A DNA stretch of 64,000 bases from a virus. Every line of letters starts with the position of its first letter. Within the stretch, counting starts at the first letter, position 1. This document shows positions 49,974-57,756 of the stretch, one piece after another. The DNA is taken from positions 1 through 64,000 of IMG/VR virus record IMGVR_UViG_3300031722_000011; one strand, 5' to 3'. The position numbers and the translations under genes are program-made. The notes under the pieces are model-generated. The model was not told the DNA's origin, searched no databases, and saw only the letters and a program-made list of their open reading frames with translations.

Positions 49974-50013
49974 ATAAACATACCAATTAATAAATTAATG
50001 TATAAAACAACAG

Positions 50014-50195
50014 TAGATATATACGTATTTTTTAATGATGTTCTCCGACATCAAAATTTATTTAATGTATGTATGAGTAATTTATGACTAAGGGTAGCTC
50101 CCTTAGTCGGATTATTCTAATTAAATAAACAATGGGGAATATGATTAAAATGTATGTGAAAATACATACATTAAATAAATTATTAAAGGAGATGT
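50014..50195 (+). ncRNA. two-hairpin leader RNA (c4-like) upstream of the antirepressor
   Basis: GATGT-TCTCCG-ACATC and GACTAAGGG-TAGCT-CCCTTAGTC hairpins; loop complementary to GGGGAATA 50134 and SD GGAGA 50188. Confidence 0.55.
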
Positions 50196-50202
50196 TTCAA
50201 AA

Positions 50203-51138
50203 ATGGAACAAAACAAAATTATTAAATTATTTACAGAAGGAAAGGTACAAGTAAAAGAAAGAAAGTTCACCCGTTTATTAGGAGGGTTTTCTGAGACAAG
50301 CCCGATTGTTACAACAAAACAAATTGCAGAACTTTTAGGAAAAGAAATTAAACATGTAAATGAAAGGATCAATGCAAATATTGAACATTTTGAAGATGTA
50401 CATATTCTAGATTTAAAAGTAGTCGACCAAACCGACTACAATTTAGAAGCTCTGAAAACACTAGGTTATACTAATATGCAGATATCAAAAGCCAATAATA
50501 TTTATATTCTTTCAGAATCGGGATTTTTATTATATTTAAAATTTGCAGAAGGCGAAAAAGCAGTAGAAATATATAAAGAATTCTTAGAGGATTATTTTAA
50601 AATTAAGGCAGAAAATAAAATTTTAAAAGCAACTTTAAAAGAACAAATTTCTCAATTAAGAGATACATATTATGTTACTTTCGGAAAAGGAATTGCAACT
50701 GGTGATACAGAACTATTAATGAAGTCTCAACAAATTAACAATCAAATAATAGAATTAGAAAAACAATTAACTGAAGAATTAACTATAGAAAAGTATAAAG
50801 TATATGAAGATAAATATAATCAATTTATGGATAATGATGGTTGTTTCACTTTTGAAAATGCTAGTAAAATACTTAGTACAACCGCAAATAATAATGGATT
50901 AAAAGTAAAATTAAATAAAATATCACTACCTAAAATGCTAAGAGAAAAATGTATTATATCAAAAGATAAGAGTGGAGATAGTTATAGAAATTTACCTAAT
51001 AGTGGATATGAAGAATATTTTAATGTTACTACTCGTAATTATACTACTCCTGCTGGTGAAAATAAGTCTAAAACACAATCAACAATTACAACTAAAGGAT
51101 TAGATTTTATTTATGGGATATTAAAAGAAGCTAATTAG
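50203..51138 (+). CDS. phage antirepressor (ORF6N plus KilAC/ANT domain)
   Basis: VTTKQIAEL..INANIEHF, YILSESGF; C-terminal TITTKGLDFI. Confidence 0.85.
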   Translation: MEQNKIIKLFTEGKVQVKERKFTRLLGGFSETSPIVTTKQIAELLGKEIKHVNERINANIEHFEDVHILDLKVVDQTDYNLEALKTLGYTNMQISKANNIYILSESGFLLYLKFAEGEKAVEIYKEFLEDYFKIKAENKILKATLKEQISQLRDTYYVTFGKGIATGDTELLMKSQQINNQIIELEKQLTEELTIEKYKVYEDKYNQFMDNDGCFTFENASKILSTTANNNGLKVKLNKISLPKMLREKCIISKDKSGDSYRNLPNSGYEEYFNVTTRNYTTPAGENKSKTQSTITTKGLDFIYGILKEAN

Positions 51139-51267
51139 TAACAAATTAATAGAAATAAAACTAAACAAATGACAATATAGAAATGGACTGAAATAACGAT
51201 GAGTAAACTTAGAAGACTTTAGAAATTATTGAATTAATTCTAAAGTGTTCATTTTTAAATTAAACTA

Positions 51268-51380
51268 TTGACAGATAATAGTAAAAGAGTATAATAGTAA
51301 TTGTAAAGAAGTTAAAAACAAAATTATATAAATGTTTCATGCGATAAGATGCTTAGTTCCAGTAAGTATCTTATTTTTTA
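51268..51380 (+). ncRNA. putative type I antitoxin sRNA with its promoter
   Basis: TTGACA-16-TATAAT, ~80-nt transcript, terminator; carries a copy of the toxin start region. Confidence 0.65.
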
Positions 51381-51497
51381 TATGTAAAAAGAACTTTCTA
51401 TATTGCTTCATTACCATCTCACATGAGTTCCAGTCACGCTTTTTAATTACACAATATTTACTCGTTCTTATTTCCAACTATTAAATTTTTCGATTAG

Positions 51498-51620
51498 TTA
51501 TTTAATTATTGGGATATGTATATTTAAAACTGATGCTATCATATTAAAAAGTCCGCCTAAGAAGATAAGTACTGATTTCAACAATTCGTTATCTATAGTA
51601 AATTTCTTGCAATGTTTCAT
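51498..51620 (-). CDS. putative type I toxin (40 aa, MKHCKKFTIDNELLKSVLIFLGGLFNMIASVLNIHIPIIK)
   Basis: TTGTAA-17-TATAAT promoter, GGAGG RBS inside a hairpin, one TM helix. Confidence 0.65.
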   Translation of the reverse strand: MKHCKKFTIDNELLKSVLIFLGGLFNMIASVLNIHIPIIK

Positions 51621-51714
51621 GCCATCGCCTCCCTCCCAATTAGGAATATTCGAGATGGCAATATAATTATAACATTGTATGGAAGTAATTACAATTTAAT
51701 GGAAAATAAATTTA

Positions 51715-51900
51715 TTGTAAATAAGTATAGAATTGTGATATAATGGAGATAATAAAAAGAAAAAGCCTAGCGTTGAAGCACTAAGCTATTTCTATAAACA
51801 ATATCACGTTTTTAAAGTTTTCAAAGGACTATTGAATTGATATGTAAATGAATACTAAATCACTGAATTAGCACTACTTAGTGGGGGGTGCTTTTTTCAG
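51715..51900 (+). ncRNA. putative type I antitoxin RNA with its promoter
   Basis: TTGTAA..TGATATAAT; terminator AGCACT..GGTGCT-TTTTT overlaps the toxin 3' end. Confidence 0.55.
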
Positions 51901-52024
51901 TTGTCTCAAAATAAAAATCTTTGTAATGAATTTTAACTAGGTTTTCGGAATTTAGTGCTTTATATAAAATTAATATAATACCTAATAATTCAATTACTTT
52001 AATAATAAAATCAAACATATCCAA
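51878..52024 (-). CDS. putative type I toxin (48 aa, MDMFDFIIKVIELLGIILILYKAL...EKSTPH)
   Basis: AGGAGGTG RBS, N-terminal TM helix, charged tail. Confidence 0.65.
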   Translation of the reverse strand: MDMFDFIIKVIELLGIILILYKALNSENLVKIHYKDFYFETTEKSTPH

Positions 52025-52337
52025 TAGCAACACCTCCTAGAATTATATTTTCAATAATCCTTTGAGGTAGGAAACGTAATCAACCACCGATCCACCATAT
52101 CGGCATTAAAACAAATTAATATAAAATAAATTAATACTAAAAGGAGAGAATTAAAAATGTTATATATAAAACTATAACTATAGTTAATTTCTTTTAGTAC
52201 AAAATTAGTATACCATATATTTGTAAAAATGGATATAGTTAAATAAATATATTTGTTTATAAAATATGTAAATATTGTAACATTCCCTTACAAATGGTAT
52301 AATTAGAAAAATACTATTTAATAGGGGTTGGATAATA

Positions 52338-53093
52338 ATGAATAAAATCTTTAAAAAGTTTATATCAATAGGAATAATAGCAAGTTCAATAAGTATATTA
52401 CCTTTAACTGGGGCAAGTGCAGAATGGAAACAAGACACTAAAGGTTGGTGGAATGCTGAGGACAGTTCGTGGTCTAAAGGTTGGAAACAAATAGATGGCA
52501 AATGGTATTATTTTGGGCAAGACGGGTATATGGCTCATGATACCATAGTTGATGGATTTAAAATTGATAATAATGGAGTATGGATTCAAAATAACACTGT
52601 AAATAATACAACTGAAACAAGTACAAATGTTTCGAATACTGCTAATAGTAATAATAGTTCTAATACTAATTTAACTAGCAATGTAGATAATAGTACAAGT
52701 AGTAATGCAAGTGTAACATTAAATAATACTGGTGTGATTAATGCAAATACAACTAATAATGTAGCCGTAGATAATGTAAGTAAAGAAGAAAAAGATTATT
52801 ATAAAGCATTGAAGAAAATCCAAGAAACTAATCAACAAAATGCTCAAAATGCCCAAGATAATTTAAAGGCATATTATCAAAAACAATTAAAACAAGCAAA
52901 AGATGATTTAGCAGAAGCACAAAAAGAATTGAATAATGTCAAAGGGCAATTAACTAATAAGACATTAGTTAAACAAGCAGATGGAACATGGCAATACGTA
53001 TATGTTGCAGATACTCAAAAAGTTGCACAGTATGAAAAGAAAGTGAAATCTTGTCAAGATAATGTTGATTATTATGAAAAATTAGCTAAATAA
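52338..53093 (+). CDS. secreted cell-wall/choline-binding repeat protein (moron)
   Basis: signal peptide ..GASA|EWKQD, GWKQIDGKWYYF. Confidence 0.85.
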   Translation: MNKIFKKFISIGIIASSISILPLTGASAEWKQDTKGWWNAEDSSWSKGWKQIDGKWYYFGQDGYMAHDTIVDGFKIDNNGVWIQNNTVNNTTETSTNVSNTANSNNSSNTNLTSNVDNSTSSNASVTLNNTGVINANTTNNVAVDNVSKEEKDYYKALKKIQETNQQNAQNAQDNLKAYYQKQLKQAKDDLAEAQKELNNVKGQLTNKTLVKQADGTWQYVYVADTQKVAQYEKKVKSCQDNVDYYEKLAK

Positions 53094-53184
53094 TTCTAAA
53101 TTGATTAAGACTTTAGATATGAATGTCTAAGGTCTTTTATTGTTGTGGGAAGTTGTAAAATATGTAAGACTAGAATTTTGAGTT

Positions 53185-53667
53185 CTAGTCTTTTTCCAAT
53201 TCGTACTTTTCATCATCTAAAAATTGTATTCCTGTTTTTAATGGTTTATAATTTTTATTTAAATATTCAAATATTTCAACTAAAGATTTATTTAATTCTT
53301 CATTTTTCAATATTATTGAAAGCATCATTAAATTGTTGTCAGTATTTTTATTCAAAGGATTAGCTAATGCAAATATGTTAGAAATAAATCCTTCAAACAA
53401 ATTTATATCCATATGACCACGTTTTAATTGTGTTATTATTCCAGAATCAACCTTTGTCTTAGGAATCCATGCTAATTCACAATCTAATATATCAGCTAAG
53501 GCTTTTACCTCGGTATATCTAACTGTATCTCTATTCAATTTATTAGTAAAAGCATTTGTAGTAGTAGATATTCCATAATTATTTAACTTATCAATTATTT
53601 CGAAATATTTTAAATCACTATTGAATATATATTCTTTTAATTCTGTTTTTGTAGAGTTTTTATTCAT
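53185..53667 (-). CDS. putative HTH regulator
   Basis: NAFTNKLNRDTVRYTEVKALADILDCEL; divergent promoter region. Confidence 0.6.
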   Translation of the reverse strand: MNKNSTKTELKEYIFNSDLKYFEIIDKLNNYGISTTTNAFTNKLNRDTVRYTEVKALADILDCELAWIPKTKVDSGIITQLKRGHMDINLFEGFISNIFALANPLNKNTDNNLMMLSIILKNEELNKSLVEIFEYLNKNYKPLKTGIQFLDDEKYELEKD

Positions 53668-53743
53668 AAAAATCATCTCCTTACATTTATATTATAGCAC
53701 TAAGTGTCAATTGATACAAATATAAAAAATAATTACTAATACG

Positions 53744-53772
53744 TTGACAAGGTAACTAATGAGTGATATTAT
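53744..53772 (+). promoter_or_regulatory. sigma-A promoter
   Basis: TTGACA-17-TATTAT with TGn extension. Confidence 0.65.
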
Positions 53773-53902
53773 AAATACATAAGGTTGGTAAACAAAACCA
53801 ATCTAATAAAAATAAGGCAATAACAAAAGTAGTTATCACCTAGTATATCGCAAATATTAGTATAACACATGTTAGAGTCTAATTCAAGGGAGATGTTGTA
53901 TT

Positions 53903-54601
53903 ATGGAAAATTTTATGCAAACAGGTTTGAAAAGAGAAGCAATAATTGAGAACAATGAAGTGAGCAAGTACATTAAAGAACTGCATAAAGAATACGATTG
54001 GTTTTGTCAGTTTTACGAAATAGAAGATGTAGATTTTATAGGTAATTATGAATTGTTCTTATCTTGTGGACATGTAGAATGGAATATTGATAGGCAAAAT
54101 TTTTATTCCATTAAAGAAAATCAATTATATAATTTCTTTAGAAGATTAAAAACTGGTATTTATAGAAGTATTTTAGTTAATGATAAAGAAGTATTAATTG
54201 ATGATGATAACCTTACAGATTGTTTGTATAAAACTTTAGTTGAAAAAATAGAAAACTCAAGTATTGTTATGGGTTGTGACTCCTTAAAAGTCATACATAT
54301 ATATGGAGAAATAAGTGAACTAAAAGGATATGATGAAATGTCATATTTTGAAATATTTACAAGACAATTTTTAAATAATGAATGTGGTGAAGATTTTGGA
54401 TTGATTGTTAAAAACGATCCTTATCAAAATGAGTTTAAGGATACTCAGTTTAAAGATGTTGATGACTATTATAAGAGATGTAGTAATATAGTATTTGCTG
54501 AATATGTAGAAGAAAACAAATCAATGAATGGCAATGCTATTAGAGTTCAGTATAAAGGACGAGATGGACAAGTATTGAGTGAGATATGGCAACCGATATA
54601 A
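53903..54601 (+). CDS. hypothetical protein
   Basis: 232-aa ORF with RBS and its own promoter. Confidence 0.7.
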   Translation: MENFMQTGLKREAIIENNEVSKYIKELHKEYDWFCQFYEIEDVDFIGNYELFLSCGHVEWNIDRQNFYSIKENQLYNFFRRLKTGIYRSILVNDKEVLIDDDNLTDCLYKTLVEKIENSSIVMGCDSLKVIHIYGEISELKGYDEMSYFEIFTRQFLNNECGEDFGLIVKNDPYQNEFKDTQFKDVDDYYKRCSNIVFAEYVEENKSMNGNAIRVQYKGRDGQVLSEIWQPI

Positions 54602-54721
54602 AATTAAATATTGTTTAAATGAATAAATATGGTATAATTAGAGTATAATAAAAGAAAAAGGACGATTGCTCGTCCTATGTATCTCAGCCAGATGTAGGCT
54701 CTAATTTAAGTATTCGGCTCT

Positions 54722-54901
54722 TTACTTCAGAATATTTATAATTAGAGTCTTTATTATGTCTTGGTTAACACCATTTACAATAGCTTTAGATATCGAGTCT
54801 AATGCTAAAATAAACAATATAACTTTCCAAAGGCTTAATCCATTCTTTTTAACTGAAACTGGTTTAGTTTCGTAATCCAAATGAATACGTCTCTCTTTCA
54901 T
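54722..54901 (-). CDS. putative type I toxin-like membrane peptide (59 aa)
   Basis: GGAGGAGG RBS at the base of a long CCAAAGTATTTTA/TAAAATACTTTGG hairpin; hydrophobic segment; convergent promoter at 54611-54638. Confidence 0.55.
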   Translation of the reverse strand: MKERRIHLDYETKPVSVKKNGLSLWKVILFILALDSISKAIVNGVNQDIIKTLIINILK

Positions 54902-55363
54902 CAAAATCACCTCCTCCAAAGTATTTTACCTTAAAAATAACTTATTATATCTAAGATAAAATACTTTGGATTATGGTCGTTAGAACCATGAAAGACTACG
55001 TGATTTACTATATTGTTATAGATATTAATCTAATGTTTTAAGGTTTAATTTTGGACATGATTTGTTCAAATTCATTTTTCATAACATTTCATTTTTAACC
55101 CTTTATCTATTTTAATACAGTGAATACATTATACCATAAATTTGAAAATATAGATATTATTATTTTAATGAATTGATATTATAGGAATTGAAGAAAAGAA
55201 ATTTAGAGATAACTTTATGCATACATAACGGAATTTGAGGATAAAATTAATATAATTATTGAATTAAATGGTGAAAGACAAGAATATATTTTGGAAATAG
55301 CTTAATTAATTTAATGGTTATTTAGAGTTGATTATAGGCAGAAATGCTTTATAATATAGATAT

Positions 55364-55491
55364 GGAAGAAATAGATGTGGAATAAGGTTCGAAACTTATA
55401 TTACATTGAACGGGCTATCTCCAATTAGCTTTTCTTCCTTTTTATTAATATTGGAGAAATAAATTAAATTATATTGGAGGAATTTAGGATG
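55364..55491 (+). ncRNA. cloverleaf leader RNA (c4/CI-like), copy 3
   Basis: outer stem GGAAGAAA/TTTCTTCC, T-loop-like hairpin ATAAG-GTTCGAAA-CTTAT, hairpin GGCTA-TCTCCAAT-TAGCT; targets ATTGGAGA 55450 and ATTGGAGG (SD) 55473. Confidence 0.7.
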
Positions 55492-56736
55492 AACATAGGT
55501 AACTTAGAAGTATATGGAATTATATATAAAGTTGAAAATTTAGTTAATGGAAAAGTTTATATTGGACAAACTACAGAAGATAAAGGATTTGATGGACGAT
55601 ATTGTAGAAAAGGAGAAGATGTAGAAAGAGTTTATAAACAGAATAAAAGATTAAAAGAGTTAGGATTAAGTTATAATAAACATTTATTAAGTTCTATAGA
55701 AAAGTATGGTTTTGATAATTTTAAAGTAGATAAAGAACTTGATTATGCCTTTAGTCGCAATGAATTAAATATAAAAGAACAATGTTGGATAAGTATTTTT
55801 AACAGTTTTAATAATGGATATAATAATAATCATGGAGGAGCTGGGAATTCAGGATATGAAGGGCTAAAAGGAATAGATAATCCTATGAGTAGAGAAGTTG
55901 TACAATTATCTTTAGAAGGAATTTTTATAAAAACGTGGGACTGTATGGAATATGTTTCTCAAGCATTAAATATAAATAAAGCACATATATGTGGAGTATG
56001 TAATAATACTTATGGAAGAAAATCAACTGGTGGTTATATGTTTATGTATAAAGAAGATTATCAAAAACTAACTAATAAGGATACTATACATTATAATAAC
56101 GAAATTGGAGAATATAACAAAGAACCAGTTATGCAATTAGATTTGAACGGTAAATTTATTCAAGAATTTAACTCTATTTCAGAAGCTAGTAGATTAGTAA
56201 ATGGAGCAACAATAGCAAAGATATCTAAGTGTTGTAAAAAAGAGAGAAAGTCGAATGGTGGTTTCATATGGATATATAAAAAAGATTATTCTGATAACAA
56301 CACGTATTCATGGAATGGCATACACAACGGAAAATCAAAAGAAGTTATACAATTATCTCTGAATGGTGATTTTATAAGTGAATATTCTTCTATTACTGAA
56401 GCTTCTAAATTTGTAAAAAATACATCAGTAAGTAAAATATCAAAATGTTGTAATGGAAATTCAAAATCTCATGCAAGTTATATATGGGTATTTAAAAATG
56501 ATTATAATAAAGACATCAATTATAAGTTAGATACAAAACATACTGGAAAATCTAAAAAAATAATTAAATTATCATTGAATGGAGATTTTTTAAATGAATA
56601 TGATTCAGCAAAAGAAGCCGAAGAAAGTAATAATATATCAAGAAAAGCGATAACTAAATGTTGTAGTGGAAAAAGTAAAACATCAGGAGGATATATTTGG
56701 AAATATAAAGAAGATTATAATAAAATAGCAATATAA
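55489..56736 (+). CDS. GIY-YIG homing endonuclease with four NUMOD1-like repeats
   Basis: GIIYKVENLVNGKVYIGQT; 4x V.QL.L.G.FI..S..EA..I.KCC..S.GG.IW. Confidence 0.9.
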   Translation: MNIGNLEVYGIIYKVENLVNGKVYIGQTTEDKGFDGRYCRKGEDVERVYKQNKRLKELGLSYNKHLLSSIEKYGFDNFKVDKELDYAFSRNELNIKEQCWISIFNSFNNGYNNNHGGAGNSGYEGLKGIDNPMSREVVQLSLEGIFIKTWDCMEYVSQALNINKAHICGVCNNTYGRKSTGGYMFMYKEDYQKLTNKDTIHYNNEIGEYNKEPVMQLDLNGKFIQEFNSISEASRLVNGATIAKISKCCKKERKSNGGFIWIYKKDYSDNNTYSWNGIHNGKSKEVIQLSLNGDFISEYSSITEASKFVKNTSVSKISKCCNGNSKSHASYIWVFKNDYNKDINYKLDTKHTGKSKKIIKLSLNGDFLNEYDSAKEAEESNNISRKAITKCCSGKSKTSGGYIWKYKEDYNKIAI

Positions 56737-56794
56737 AATGATTGGAATAATTATCTAACATATGGTATATTATACTATAAGAGGTGATTATACT

Positions 56795-57076
56795 ATGGGA
56801 TTAAATCAAATTATTTTTTTGTTAATTATTTTAATTGTTATAAGTTGTATTATATGGCAATTATTTAAAAGTAGACAGTTATTTTTAGCAGGATTTATAT
56901 TAAATTCTAATTCATATATATTATATTTATTTTCTTTAATAGTTCCGTTAGTAGGAATTATAGTTGGTTCTATAAAGATTAGCAAAGATGATAATTATAA
57001 TAGAAATGTAGGGATTAATTGTATAATATTAAGCATAGTATCAACTATTATAGGGATAATAATTATTACAAAATAG
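56795..57076 (+). CDS. small membrane protein (moron)
   Basis: three hydrophobic helices; GAGGTG RBS. Confidence 0.6.
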   Translation: MGLNQIIFLLIILIVISCIIWQLFKSRQLFLAGFILNSNSYILYLFSLIVPLVGIIVGSIKISKDDNYNRNVGINCIILSIVSTIIGIIIITK

Positions 57077-57162
57077 GAATATGAAAATAATATAATAATT
57101 TAGATAAGACTTAGTAAATCTAGGTCTTTTTATTATGTAAAAAATAAAGGAGAAATGTATAA

Positions 57163-57696
57163 ATGGGAATTTTAGAAAAACACCAAAAGTCAAATATTAG
57201 ATATTCAAATAAAGATATAACATTTTTTGAACCTACTGATGAACAATTAAAAGAAGTAAAAGAAATCATTGAAAATAACATTACAATGATAAATGAACTA
57301 ACAGTAAATCAAGAATTAGATACAAAAAGTATAAGATTTATTATTCGTGAATTAACCAACATTGGTGCAGAAATAGACGAATTTACAGATGAAGAATTAT
57401 TAAATAAATTAAATGATGGTGATAGAATTTTAAAACTTTTATTAAGAGAAGTGCAAAAATTTGTTAATGAAGTAGTAGATGACATATTAGATGAACAAAT
57501 TGAAAATGTAAAAGCTTTTAATACCTTAATTAATATTTTAAATAGTAAGCAAGATATTAAAATATTAGAAACAAAAGTAAATAAATTCTTTAAAAGGAAT
57601 AAAATAAACATGAAATTTGAGGAATTGAAAGATTTTAAAAATAATCCAGAAAAAGCACAAGAATTAATAAATAAATTAAATATAAAAACTAAGTAA
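57163..57696 (+). CDS. putative tail assembly chaperone
   Basis: immediately upstream of the tape measure gene. Confidence 0.5.
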   Translation: MGILEKHQKSNIRYSNKDITFFEPTDEQLKEVKEIIENNITMINELTVNQELDTKSIRFIIRELTNIGAEIDEFTDEELLNKLNDGDRILKLLLREVQKFVNEVVDDILDEQIENVKAFNTLINILNSKQDIKILETKVNKFFKRNKINMKFEELKDFKNNPEKAQELINKLNIKTK

Positions 57697-57756
57697 AGAA
57701 GTGCCAAATAATCGGTACTTCTTTTATTTTTGAAATGAAAGGAGAAAAGATTATAA

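Noticed and set aside
55376-55406. tRNA suggested by GGTTCGAAAC
   Set aside because: No D-arm, anticodon arm or acceptor end; it is the T-loop-like hairpin of the leader RNA.
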